64,000 nt of DNA from Octopus sinensis (lineage: Eukaryota): assembly GCF_006345805.1 (NCBI RefSeq), contig NC_043000.1, positions 6,572,001 through 6,636,000 of the forward strand, read 5' to 3'. Of this stretch, positions 35,691-49,800 are shown in pieces. Each line of letters begins with the position of its first letter. Within the stretch, counting starts at the first letter, position 1. Below the pieces are notes generated by a model. That model did not search any database, was not told where the DNA came from, and saw nothing but the letters and a program-made list of their open reading frames with translations. A program made the position numbers and the translations under genes.

Positions 35691-36254
35691 CATTTATAAC
35701 CCTTAGATGACCAAATTCTGAAAAAATACATTAATCATCATCAGCATCATCATCCACAACATCATCACAATTTCATGTCCATTTTCCATTTCGGATGGTT
35801 TGACAGGAACTGGTGAGTCACAAGACTGCATCAAACTCCAATCTCTGCTTTGGCATGGTTTCTGTGGCTGAATGCACTTCCTAATGCCAACCACTTTACT
35901 GAGTGTACTGGGTGCTTTTCGTGTTTTTAATTTAGGCTTCTTTAAAACAGTAAGTTTGTATCAGAGAGTTAGTCAGGTTGGTGGTATCAATTATGTTATG
36001 CAGGGCACAAAGAAATATTGAAAACTGTACAATGTCTATAGAAAATCCATCACATGATCTCAAGGATAAAGATACCAATGGCTAAATTGCACTTGACAAT
36101 ATTGAACAGTACACACACTAAACCGATTTGTTACTATATTTCTAGAGAAATACACTGCCATTTTTCAATTAATTTTGAAAATAATGAAGTATTTAGGAAA
36201 ATAACTATCATTATTAAGCTGTGGTTTGGAAAATGACTTAATTTGATATTTTGA

Positions 36255-36640
36255 TGGAAGGAGACCTATTGAGTCAAGTACATCAACATCAAAAGAAAAA
36301 TCAAATGGAAATTGTAGATGTGATACCCATGCTGGTGGCAAGTAAAAGACACCATCTGAACATGGCCAATGCCAGCGCTGCCTTGACTGGCATCTGTGCC
36401 GGTGGCACGTAAGAAGCACCAACTGATTGTGGACTTGCCAGCCTCCTCTGGCCCCTGTGCCGGTGGCACGTAATAAGCACCTGCTACACTCTTGGAGTGG
36501 TTGGCGTTAGGAAGGGCATCCAGCTGTAGAAACATTGCTAGATCAGACTGGAGCCTGGTGCAGCCTCCTGGCTTCCCAGACCCCGGTCAAACCATCCAAC
36601 CCATGCTAACATGGAAAACAGACGTTAAACGATGATGATG
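36255..36640 (+). mobile_element. RTE-LINE 3' UTR copy ending in (GAT)n
   Basis: Matches the reverse complement of 29331-29725. Confidence 0.85.
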
Positions 36641-37047
36641 TGGTGTTGGGTGGAGAAGATGGATGGATGACAATATTTCCTTCCTGTGCAAATTAATTAC
36701 CGTATAATTAACATGTATTCCTTAACTAGCACTCATAGTATAAGATCTTTTTTCTCTTATGTATTTTGAAAATTCTTTTACTTTAAAATGACTCAATTGT
36801 TTACCGTACATTTAGCAGCTGAATTGGTATTCATTATAGTACTGTAATACACTAATCTTACTAACTTTATCCTCTTTATTTATGTATTTTAAGAAACTTC
36901 CTGTACAGAAAAAAAGTCACAATAATGCCATCTCAAGTGTCCCAAGTATGCTTTAGATTAGAAGAGTTTTAGTGGATATGCGTGTACAAACTCAGAGCTT
37001 ACTGGACAACCAGTAGAGGTTAGCAGTTTACATCATGTTAGTTTTTT

Positions 37048-38025
37048 TGCTGATGATCATCACCATTTAACGTCTGTTGTCCATGCTGGCATGGGTTGGA
37101 CAGTGTGACCAAAGCTGGCAAGCTCAGGGGGACTGCACAGACTCCAGTCCGATTTGGCATGTTTTCTATGGCTGGATGCCCTTCCTAATGCCAATCTCTT
37201 TACTGTGTGCTGGGTGCTTTTACATTGCACTGCACAGGCCCTTTTATGTGACATTACATGGGTGCTTTTACATGGCACAGCACAGATGCTTTTACATGAC
37301 ACCACATGGGTGCTTATGGCACCACACGAGTGCTTTACACCACCAGAAGAATCAGTCTTAACATTTCTGCTGTGGGGTAAGGGTCTTCTTAAGTACGTCT
37401 GCCAGGTATCTCAATATCTGTGATCTAAAACACATCTCAGATGGTTGCCGAGTTTGCTGTAAAAATAATACTGTTGGGTTTGGAACAATTCTTTATAAGC
37501 AGAAGCAGCAATAACAAAAACCTACAAATTCTTGTTTTCATTAAGATGCAGCGATAAACTCACAGGAAGAGCTGAGTTCACACTCCATTAATATGGAGTT
37601 CAGACTCCACCTTAGTACATTAAAGATTTCAGTGCTGTCCCTATAATCCCATGATTCATGGAATTCACACTTAGCCATCAAATCTTACAGAGTGTCAGAC
37701 AATATATTTCCTTATTTATGTTAATTGCCGGTGGCACGTAAAATGAACCAATCCGACCGTGGCCGTTGCCAGCCTCGCCTGGCACCTGTGCAGGTGGCAC
37801 GTAAAAAGCACCCACTACACTCACGGAGTGGTTGGCATTAGGAAGGGCATCCAGCCGTAGAAACACTGCCAGATAAGACCGGAGCCTGGTGCAGCCTTCT
37901 GGCTTCCTAGATCCCCGGTCGAACCATCCAACCCATGCTAGCATGGAGAACGGACGTTAAACGATGAGGATGATCATCATCATCATCATCATGGAATATA
38001 TTTCATCTGGCTGAAAAACAAAAAG
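37048..38025. repeat. Copy A of a ~640-bp local direct duplication (carries an extra RTE-tail insertion at 37727-37974)
   Basis: 37055-37726 plus 37987-38025 align almost base for base with 39960-40593. Confidence 0.9.
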
Positions 38026-39541
38026 AAAATAGTAGTCTCTGTTAAAGACACTGGCACAGAATCCACAACACTGAATAACTGGAATTAGTAAAGCAGTGGC
38101 ATAGCAGAACCAAATAATGACAGAGTAAATGGCTTGCAATATCTAGAGATATCCTTTTATAATCTAAAGAACAGATCATCTTGTAAAAGTCAACTGCCTT
38201 TGACTGCCAATAAAATAACTATCAATTAAGCATTAGTGCAATGGAGGTGACTTCAATCTTCCCTAAAAATGTATGACCATCTGCCATTGTGAGACACCAT
38301 TGTTGAGGGTCAGTCATTAGTTTTAATATGTCTCTAAATCACAAACATAAAAGCAAACTTTTTATAGAATTCTGTTTTAAAATCACGAGTTTTAAGACCC
38401 CCAGTTTCATTAGAATTGTGATTAAAATTTTTTTTTTTTTTAAATTGTGATCTTTATCACAGGTTAAATATTTTTGATGGGCACCTTTAATCCTCAAATT
38501 TCTTCAGAATAAACAGGTGTTATGTTGAATAGGACATGCAACATGCACACCAGACCATCATCAAAGACTGCTCTGGGGATAAACTACAAAGAAAGCAATT
38601 CCATGAAAGCTGGTAGTTATTTAAAGACACCTTTCAAAGATCCCTAGCATAAATAACTAAAATTCATTACTGCAGGGTAGCTTTGGCTAAGAAGACACGA
38701 TGTCCCAAAGTTCCCTTACATTAAATAGAGTGTGTTATGAACACACATTCATCTGAAAGTTGTTGCTCTCCAGTGACAATGTACAAAAGCAAATAACACA
38801 GTCATGTTTGAATATGCCAGAAAATAAAAATGAATGTCGTCGTTCTGATTCTTGCTGTTCATTGTGCACGTGACAATTTATTATTCCTGCCATTGTCACA
38901 GACCAAACCAAATGGTACTTGTCCCTACACAAAGATTCCAAGTTATATGAAGCCAGCAATACAGCAGCAGAGAGGGCCAAGAATAGTGGCCTGCAAAACA
39001 CTCCTAAACCCAAATTCTTCTGCCAGCAGACTTTGCATATGTGGATGGATGTCTTCAGTCATCTGTGCACCCACACTACTGACATTTAATAGAAGGCAGT
39101 CATTGTTGAGTCAGATGATAAACAGAAATATATGTTTACATGTACAGTCAGCACAGTATTCAAAGTATAGTAATATATATACATCACATTTTTTTACTTT
39201 AGAAATTAGAGCCAGCTCTGACAGTTAATGTTTCGTATACAAATGTCAATGTAAACAATGTGATCAAAAACAGAAAAATGGGTAATGGGTAATATAAGCA
39301 TATTTCAAGAGTTCCTGCTTCTTCTTCAGAACCACATGCAACCTGTTAACCGTCCATGAACACTTTGCTTAAATGGCCACTAAATTTAGCAGGTTAACAC
39401 AATTGGATATACCAATTTTAAACTAATTCCTGGCAATTGGTATGTACACATTAATTTTTGGTAGGGACACCGTATTTCATTATGCAACTATATATATATA
39501 TATGTGCATATGGAAGATACGAACAGAAAAAAATCATAATA

Positions 39542-39880
39542 TAACCACATGGTTCTGGGTTCAGTCCCACTGCATGGCATCTTGGGCAAGTGTCTTCTAC
39601 TATTGCCTCAGGGCGACCAAAGCCTTGTGAGTGAATTTGGTAGACGGAAACTGAAAGAAGCCCGTCGTATATATGCATGTGTGTGTATGTTTGCCCCCCC
39701 CCCACATCACTTCACAACCGATGCTGGTGTGTTTACGTCCCCGTAACTTAGCAGTTCAGCAAAACAGATCGATAGAATAAGTACTAGGCTTCCAAAGAAT
39801 AAGTCCTGGGGTCGATTTGCTCAACTAAAGGCGGTGCTCCAGCATGACTGCAGTCAAATGACTGAAACAAGTAAAAGAGT
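39542..39880 (+). mobile_element. tRNA-derived SINE, 5'-truncated (11003-11430 family)
   Basis: AACCACATGGTTCTGGGTTCAGTCCC...GTAAAAGAGT. Confidence 0.8.
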
Positions 39881-39954
39881 AACCTACAGGATTCAAACAC
39901 TATCTTTTGTGAGCCGTATGGCTGTGCTTACTACTAAGTACCATTACAACCCCT

Positions 39955-40593
39955 GCTGATCATCACCATTTAACGTCTGTTGTCCATGCTGGCATGGGTT
40001 GGACAGTGTGACCAGAGCTGGCAAGCTCAGGGGACTGCACAGACTCCAGTCCGATTTGGCATGTTTTCTATGGCTGGATGCCCTTCCTAATGCCAATCTC
40101 TTTACAGTGCGCTGGGTGCTTTTACATGACACCACATGGGTGCTTATGGCACCACACGAGTGCTTTACACCACCAGAAGAATCAGTCTTAACATTTCTGC
40201 TGTGGGGTAAGGGTCTTCTTAAGTACGTCTGCCAGGTATCTCAATATCTGTGATCTAAAACACATCTCAGATGGTTGCCGAGTTTGCTGTAAAAATAATA
40301 CTGTTGGGTTTGGAACAATTCTTTATAAGCAGAAGCAGCAATAACAAAAACCTACAAATTCTTGTTTTCATTAAGATGCAGCGATAAACTCACAGGAAGA
40401 GCTGAGTTCACACTCCATTAATATGGAGTTCAGACTCCACCTTAGTACATTAAAGATTTCAGTGCTGTCCCTATAATCCCATGATTTGTGGAATTCACAC
40501 TTAGCCATCAAATCTTAGAGTATCAGACAATATATTTCCTTATTTATGTTAATTCATCATGGAATATATTTCATCTGGCTGAAACACAAAAAA
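39955..40593. repeat. Copy B of the local direct duplication (empty site)
   Basis: Same sequence as copy A without the 37727-37974 insertion and with ~70 bp fewer internal repeats. Confidence 0.9.
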
Positions 40594-42970
40594 ATTTCCA
40601 CACATCTAACATAATGGAAATACCTAATTTTATTACTTGAATATTTTGATGCCTAAACTCTTTTTTCACTAACTTTCATGATTAGTCTAAAAAAACTAAA
40701 TACAAATCAAATGCAATTTTCATTAAACATGAGATTGGTAACACATTCCTTCTATTTTATGAAAAGATAAATGGTAACTTTAGAACACTTTTACAAGAAC
40801 TTATTAGCACAAGTACGAAGGTTTTCATACTGCTCAGAAATACTTCGTTTCTGAACGATAATTAGATGTAACCACTTACTTGAAAAATAGATAAGGGTTA
40901 ATGACAATAAGTGAATCCAGCCATTAAAATCCTGCATTGAATTTATGCCCATCTAAGCCATACTCGCATGAAAAACAGACATTAAACAAAATGAATGAAC
41001 CACACAGCTATGTCAGCACCAAACACATTCACTTTGCAACAATGTGGCTCTAGGTTCAATCCTGCAGTGTGACACCATATGTGTCTTCTTGACCAAACCT
41101 TGTGAGTGGAACTTGGTAAATGGAAACTGTATAGAAGCCTGTTTGTGTAACATGCTAAAAAAAATAGATTAGTAAAATAAGAACAAAACAGAAATAAGGA
41201 CTAGGATCAGTATGAGGGGGTGAGAACTTCCAAAAATTGTGCTCCAGTATGACCATAATCCAGTAAATGAAACTAGTAAAGAATAAAACTGATGGCTTAG
41301 AGCAGTTGTTTCTTCTCATCACACACCATAAAAGAAAATGGTTATGGTATAACCTACTCGTATTCAATGACCCTCAACATGCAAGAATTTATTGCACTTC
41401 TTTGCAGTAATATTCCTGACCTGTTGCACCAATTTCTACCCTCCAACCTGTTTTTGTATACCCAGAGGTTATTATAGTGGTGGCTACAGCAAAGAGAGGC
41501 CTGAAGGATGTGATCACTTGGAGCATAACAGTCGTTCTTCTGCACTTATCTTTCATAGTATGTATCCCAGATGTGTTTAGGAAGGTCAACAAGGTTATTC
41601 ATGATGCTCTTGTTGGTGTGTGCTTGTCAGGGCTGTGTAGAGGGGGAATGTCGTAAGGAAGCTATTACAGTAGTGTCCTGGAGAGGCAGCTGATTCAGTA
41701 AATGACTGTACACAGAGTGACAGAGATTGGCACTTGCTGTATCGAGCACATATTGATAGTTGTATTTCAAGTAGGATGGTTTTAATAGAATTTTTTTTAT
41801 CAGTAGATGAAAGAATCTTCCCCTCTTGTGCATTTATTAATACTTCTTCAAATAGGTTTTAAGTCATCTAATATATTAATGTAAATAGAAATAGAAATTC
41901 CTTTGTACCATACTTATTGACCATTAACCCTTTTGATACCAACCAGCTTCAGACTGTCCTTGGCTCCACAGTACAAACTTGGAGTTTTAAAAAGATCAAT
42001 TAAAATTTTCTTTTAATTAATGACCCAAACACCAGTTAATAATTACAAAGTTATTTTCAAAATTAATAGAAGCAAAATCAGTTTTTTTTATAGAAATATG
42101 GCAACAAAAGTGTTAAAGTGCATAACACAGATTAATCTAAGTTAAAAACCCTTTGCAACTAAATGATTCATCTGAAGTTAAACGTGTCTTCCCCATCAAT
42201 TTAATCTGTCACATCAGCCAAACAATAACAAATGAAGTCATCTAGCTTTCATTTTCGTTTTTTTTTTGTTTTTTTTTGCTAAATATGTAAAATTATCCAA
42301 GTGTTTCCACAGAAGAAAAAAAGAAAAGACCACAACATTAAGCAAGAAAGAATATATGAAGTTTTTAATATATCAAACCAATATTTAAAAAGAAAAAGAA
42401 AAATAAATGACAAGAGCTTAATTGTAATAGCATTTATTTCAGGTCAATGGTACAGCTATAATGCAAAAGCTTCAAAGGAAACATGGTCATGCTGTTTGAT
42501 ATGAGAGTTTTTTATGTCTATTTAGGAACAAACCCATACCTAAACCAACAGACATCTACATGTGATGACCAAACACACCTACAAAACAGCCAAACACCAT
42601 TCAAGAAACCCTAAATTCAGCTATTAAAAATGAGCCCCATCCTCTCTGCTTTATGAACTGTCAGTAAATCCAAATCAGTATTATAATATAAGATATAATA
42701 GATTGTCATATAGGAGTTATGTATGGTTTCAGTTTAGAATCAAAATGTACAAACGTTAATAATAGAAAAATAATTGCCTAAATAACGTGTAAGTTACATT
42801 AATTAAGTTGTTAACATTTACAAAATTAGAAATACAAAAACATAATAATTAGCTGGCATATTAATTGTTAAAAATTGAATCAACAAACAAAATAATTCAT
42901 TTGGTGACTGGTATTTAATTTTATAGGATGGTGCTTGTTTTGTGTGTAGAGTACAAATGTATGTGTGTAG

Positions 42971-43005
<35 letters not shown>

Positions 43006-44036
43006 ATCATTTATAATCTTTAGACAGTGAAAAAGAAAGAAAAACAAATGGACAACAAAAGGCTTTTAATTATACTTTATCTCTGGATGGAAATTTTTTC
43101 TGTAATTTTATTGTTATCCATAAGTGATTATACAAACTGAAGTGGTTTAATATAGCAGAAGACCTGAGCACAAAATTAAATACATAAAATGTGCAATAAT
43201 TAATTAGTGGGTTACTAAGCACAATTCTGGAAAAAAGATTTTTTTTTTTCCTTTTTACAAAATAGGTTAGAGACTGATAGCAAGTTAATTATCGACAGAA
43301 CTACAACATTAACTGGATAGGGAAGCTGGCCCCAACAGTTAACAGAAAAACTGGCCAAGCTAATGGAAATGTTACAGTTATTGGAAAACATTAAAGCTGC
43401 TTAAATTGTGGTTTTAGCAAGATAACTAATAGATTATACGGATAATATAACATGTGGAAATATAAAAGATCATCCAGCTCAGGTGTACATAGCAGAAAAA
43501 TTTGGCACTCCAAAAAAAGGAAACCAGTTTTCCACAACGTTAGAACTTGAGATAAAGTATCATTAACAATCTAATACTTAGCTTGATAAACCAAAAAAAA
43601 AAAAAACAAAAAAAAAGGAAAAGAAAAAAAAACAAAAAAAATTAAAAGGGGGAAAATTTACCATATTGCCAAGTAATTTCTTAATCTGTCTGTTATACTT
43701 CCCTATTTTTTTTCCTGAAATATTTTCACTGTTTTGTTTGTTTTCATTTAGGCACAGGATATATTGAAAATAAAATACAAAGAAAAAAAAATATCCTGAA
43801 AACTAGTTGCTAAGGATACTGAAGATTCCTTACCTGAACCTTTAATTAGAGAAAATATTGATGTAATCATCATTTGAAATTAATCTATGTGATCAATAAT
43901 GAAGCTGCCACAAGTTAGTTTCTTCACAGAAATTACATAAGTTTTTGTGTCTAACTCAATGTAAAAAAGATTGAAGATTTTTAATTTAAATGATAAATAA
44001 GATTACAGATTGAAAGTATAAAAAAAAACATGAAAA

Positions 44037-44136
44037 NNNNNNNNNNNNNNNNNNNNNNNNNNNNNNNNNNNNNNNNNNNNNNNNNNNNNNNNNNNNNNNN
44101 NNNNNNNNNNNNNNNNNNNNNNNNNNNNNNNNNNNN
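44037..44136. other. Assembly gap (100 N)
   Basis: Exactly 100 N, the usual placeholder for a join of unknown size. Confidence 0.99.
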
Positions 44137-46392
44137 ACCAATTATCATTGATTTTGTTCTAATTGTGCCACCTCGTAATAGTTATCAAGAAGAAGATGTT
44201 AATCATGACAAATTTGTATTTCAAAGTAATTTTCTGGCACTCTAGCATGGCCACAGCTAAAATTCACAAAAATTGCTGTGTGCTTGCCATTCCTAAGATG
44301 ACCAACAGCAAATTAAAACCTTTAGCATTTAAACTGGTCATATCCAGCCTATCATACCTACCCTACAATGTCATTCTAAAAACAAGCAATCACATTGAAA
44401 TCTCAAGGCTATGAGATAATGCCTGATTAATTCAAAATAATGTGAATAAATAAGAATCACATTTCACAGTAATGCTAAATGGTTATGCTAAAATTAACAT
44501 AGTAACATTACTTTTCAGGTTCATAAGAATTTCAGTAAATCTACTCCTTGTTCCATAAAACCTGGTTCATTTACCATCTTCATAGTCATCAAATCAGTGT
44601 TAATTCTTTTAATTTCACAGAGTTCAGACTTCTGCAACCTCTATTAAAAAAATTAATTTTCTACCACACTACTGCATTTTCAACAAGCATGTCCTTTCAA
44701 TATCATTGGAATATTTGGATGCATTTCAAGAACAGATTAGGTCAACACGATATACTTAATTCTATATAATTTGACAGTCCTAAAACACGTTCATATTTTT
44801 TTTTAAAATTAGAATTAAAACATATCTACAATTATGATTTTAAAAGATGGAAATGGAAAACATTTTATTTTTATCACTGCATTTTGTTAAATAACTGTTA
44901 AAGATACGCGTAAAATTTGGTCAGTAACTTTAGTGAGGTAGAAAATGAATAAATAATATAGATATTGGATTATCTAAGCAAAAAGTTTTTGAGGATTATG
45001 TCAGTACAAAGTGTAGTTAAGTTTTATCATCATTTGTTATATAAGCCATACGTATAAATGGGAATAAACTATCTTGCTCTGTTTATATGCACAAGCATTA
45101 CAATTACTCCCTTGGTTCATGCCATTATCACCAACATGATGATCTTACAAGTGTTATGTAAACAATTATAAAATCATAATGTAGCATATTTAGAACAGAA
45201 GAATCCCGTAAATCAGGTTAAACAATAACAGAGCTGAAATAAAATATTACATGTAAACATTTAGTAAGAAAGAAAAAAAATTATTTCACTAGTTGTTCAT
45301 TTTCTCTTGAGTAACTCATTGACCGACCTCGGTACTGAAAGAAAAGGGCCAACTTAAATTATTTAGAATGCGAGAGGAAATAAAAACCAAGTGAATAGGA
45401 TGATTTTGTATGATCTATCATGATTGACAATCAGAATGAAGTTGTGTCAATCAACACTTTTACAGCTGTGAATAATATATGGCAGTTCTTAAAACTTATC
45501 AGGTGATGCAACATCAGCTTATACAGAATATAATTGCTAACATAAATTTAATGCCATTCAATAATAAATTAATTATTGATGTTAATAACTCATGCTGGGA
45601 TAACAATGAAACCCACTACGGGTAGGTTTCTGACATCTAAATGCTAAATTCATAAATTAGATTGCATGAACTTTATACTTTGCACAGCATTCTAAAATTA
45701 CTCCAAACATTTTTTATCAATTCCTGTACACAATCTCATATGAAAATTACACCATACTCAATCAAACAATAGCTTACTTTCTAAAACTTTACAAAAATAG
45801 GAGGGATAAGTCCTAGATCACTAAAATTGTTTACAATAAATTTCCTAATATAGACAAATGTATAATACAGTGATCCTTTTTATTCTAGAATTCACTGCAA
45901 CAAAAGGATATTATCACATATACTGAAAAGGAAGTCAAATGAAATTTTTCACTAGAATGGGTTTAGAAATTCATACAGTATTTAGGAATCAAAATACAAC
46001 ATTCTGCTAAGGTAACTTTATTGATGCTTGTACATTTTTGTAGAAAACTGGAAAAGTTCAAGATTTCAAGGAAGCAAATGCTAATAATCAAGTTACAAAT
46101 CTGATGGAGATAGTCATTAAAAAAACTATTCTTAGAAAGTAATCAGACAGCACTTTGCAACATGGCTCTGCTCCAGATTGCAAGAAAAGATTTACTTTAT
46201 TAATATTGGGAAAACTGTAAGAGATAATAGGAAAATAACTATTTTGTCTTAGTTAAATAACAGAACATATCCAAAAGGATTACTCTTTACAGTTAAGAAG
46301 CCTTGTGCAAAATGCACATTTTTCGATTCTTAAATTCAAGATGTAAGCCATTTTGTACTCAACTGCCTGTCCAAGTGCACTTAGACATTTCA

Positions 46393-46606
46393 CCCTTTAG
46401 CATTCAGATTATTCTGTCATATGTAACGCTTGTTTTATTCAGTTTTCAATTAATTATATATTATTTCATAGCTGTGAGATTTCAATGATGTGATTGCTTA
46501 TTTTTAGAATGATATTGTAGAGGAGGTGTGAGAGGCTGGACCTAGCCATTTTGAACATAGAACAGGGACACTATTCAGGCCTGATATGGCCAGTTTAAAT
46601 GCTAAT
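46393..46606 (-). mobile_element. piggyBac-type MITE, degenerate copy
   Basis: Begins CCCTTTAGCATTC and ends GGCCAGTTTAAATGCTAA; reverse complement of 46676-46896. Confidence 0.65.
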
Positions 46607-46675
46607 GCGCACCGTTCATTATTATCAGACTATTTAGAAAATACATGGTTCTTTTAGGTAAAGACATACTTTTAA

Positions 46676-46896
46676 CCCTTTAGCATTTAAACAGGCCATA
46701 TACGGCCAAAAGTATTCTGCCTGTTTTATGTTCAAACTGGCCAGATCTGGTCTCTCACACCAAACCTACAATATCGTTTTAAAAATTAACAGCCAACTCA
46801 TCAAAATCTCATAGCAACAAGATAATGCATGATTAGTTCAAAACAAAGAGGATGAAAAAGAATTAATTTGGGTAGAATAATGCAAACACTAAAGGG
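46676..46896 (+). mobile_element. piggyBac-type MITE
   Basis: TTAA|CCCTTTAG ... CTAAAGGG|TTAA (TTAA target duplication and TIRs); related copies at ~44313-44485 and, more distantly, ~41925-42116. Confidence 0.8.
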
Positions 46897-49800
46897 TTAA
46901 AGTAGCAACACATAAAAGTGCTCAATTCCAACTTTTGAACACGTATTTCTCTCAACTGGTATTCGGAGATTCTGGTAGACATTATCTAAAAACACCAAAT
47001 ACTTCGTGTTGAAGTAAAAAACTTTACAATGAAGGATATTTTAAAGCTAATGCTAATATTTAAAAGATAAAAACACATCTAATGCATTGTTGTTGAAATC
47101 TAATGAAACAAAGAATAAATTTGACAATTTAATAATTTAAAGTAGAAATCATTATCATTGTGATATCTTCACGTCTAGATTTCTATATTGGTAACCATTT
47201 CACAAAAAAAGCTCTAACCCAGTTCTTGTATATTTGGTCACTTCAGCTAGGGGTCCAACTTCCTTAAATAATACTTAACTACATAATTCCAGGTCATCTT
47301 TGGCCAACACCAACAAAACACAAGCAGCAACTTGATAGCTTCTCAAACCTAGTTTATGTCATAACTTATATAAAGCCAAATCAAGGCAATAATAAAAATA
47401 TTCTCAACACAAGTCTCTAAAATTCAAGTTACAAATCTGGCAAGCTAATGTTAACTCATCTTACTTGGTCTTCTAATCAAGTTTATGACCAAACTTTTAA
47501 GGGACAAAAATATATATAGTTAATATACAGTTTATGTAGTGCCTCAGATATCCAAGAATTAAATTGGTTAGATAAGATTCGAATGTTACATAATGCAAGT
47601 TATGACACAAACTAGGTTAAAAGCTATCAAGCTGGTGCTTGATTTCAACTGGTATTGACTAAAGGTAACATGAAATGATGTAGTTAAATGTTTATTTCGT
47701 TTCAGTAAATTACTTTTCTTGTTCTAGTAAGCCAACAGAACCCACCCGGTTCCCAAGTCATTACTTAAGGACAGACATAAACTTCCTATAATGGATATCA
47801 TGGCTTACATAATAAAATAAGTAGCTATGCAACTTTTATTGGCACAACTTTGATAGTCTCTTCTCAACATTTTACATTTTTACAGGTTGAGTAAATCTGT
47901 AAATTTTGTTCTATGGAAGTGCATTTACCCATAAGTTCAGTAACTGCTACATGGAAGTAACTTTATAATTCCTTGTATGTAACATATGAAGCCAGAATTC
48001 TCATAACTAACAACAATCAAGGAAATCTTTTGTAACACTTAAAATCTCTCTTATAAAAAAAAACCTTCACATACAAACCTAAAATGAATTAAAGCATTAT
48101 TTCAAGCATACTTTAGAATGTACTTAATATAAATAACTATGCTTTCTCTATAAACACAAGTTTATATGACATACAAACATTTCACTGAACTAAATAGAAA
48201 TAGAAATAATAGGAACATGCAGTCCTGAAAAGATGAAAAGCAATTTGGAAGTTTCTTGCACTATAAAACAAAACAAATGCTAATTTAGTTTTTCGGTAAG
48301 CCAAGAGCAATGGATACCACATATGTCTCACAGAATGTACTAGAACAGAGCTATTCTTGAAGCAGACAAGAATTTAAGGAGCCTAGAAAACAAAACATCA
48401 TATACTTCTGGACCTGAAAACATCATTTATAGCTCTAAGTGAACAGTTACCAATCATGAAGAAACATAGCTCATTACAACATTCAAGCAGACTTCTCTCA
48501 TTACAATATCTAGCAAGTGATCAGTTACTAACAAGAGGAATTTTCATTGTTAGGTGAGCCATGAAACCATAGCAGCTTTCTTTAGCAAGCTACTTGGCGC
48601 TATTTTAAACTTTTGTCATAGCAACACTTTTAGCTGTTGTTAGAATGAAGAGGTAGAACTGCAAATAAATTTAAGTAAAAAAAAAAAAAAAAAGAAAGTA
48701 CATTCAAGTATGAAGAATGTTATATTACAACAGAACCAATTGTTTTATTTATTTATGGTAAAGTGTTGCTGGGGCAAAAAGGAAGACAATCTTATTCATT
48801 GCAATTTATGATAAATATTTAAAAACTGAACTCTTTGTTGGTCATTAAAGCCTAGAGATTGTTCTTAACTTCAGTTTTTGTAATGTTAAGCGGATGAGAG
48901 AGATTCTCTTAAACAGGGTGCTTATTCTATTGTAGGCAACATCTTAGAAAGCCTGGTGCCTTTTCAGCTATAAATGAACTGAAGCAAGTAAATTATCTTT
49001 TCCAGAAAAAAACAACAAAGAAACACATGCAGTGAAATAGAAACTTCTTAGTCAGGAGCCAGTTGCCTAGTACCTTAATACTTTACCAATTTCGACTGTT
49101 GTAATGGGAATAGGTATTTAATCATGTCTGAAAGTTACAAGTTTTCAGCATACAAATAACTAAAGTTCAGATTTCTAATTAAGAGCTCATTTCTCATCAT
49201 AACTTCACCAAACACAAGGTGAATATTTTGACCCTTCAGGCTACAGCACTAATTTAGCAGAACACAAGGATATAATTTATCAATCTACAGACATAAAGAA
49301 CACTGCCATCATAGGAAGTGCTTTCATAGATAAACTGTTTTTTTTTAAATAATTAAAATTTAATTTGTTCAGCATACTGCATTTAAAACACAAAACAGTA
49401 TCAAATATCACAAACATCAATTTCTATCCCTTTCTCCATGCTGACATGGTTTAGACAATAGTATCTTGTTACTTGTCACATGATACATATACCAGCAGAG
49501 AAGACTATCATTGAAGAGTATATCATGTCTTACAGTTGAATGCCCCTCCTATCATCAACCACTTTACAACAGGGACTAGGCACATTTTACTAGCACTAAA
49601 GATACCTGTAGTTAAAGAAAAAGGAGTATTAAGCTACTAAGAGCAGCTGCATTAATGGCAGCAGGGCCTGCACTGCCATTTTTGGGAAAGGGGTGGCAGC
49701 ACAAGTTATCGGTTTCGTTATTATTATTATCATCTAACACTAATGTGTAATATAAGTCAAATTTTAAAATTAGTAACATCATGCTAGGCTCTAACTCAGG

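Noticed and set aside
38030-39400. ORFs 38735-39013 and 38830-39228 between the duplicated segments, as the interior of an LTR-like element
   Set aside because: No retroelement or transposase motifs recognised; the flanking repeats lack TG...CA ends, PBS and PPT.
41300-41860. Possible decayed L1/Tx1-type C-terminal region
   Set aside because: Only vague resemblance on the minus strand, with no diagnostic motif.
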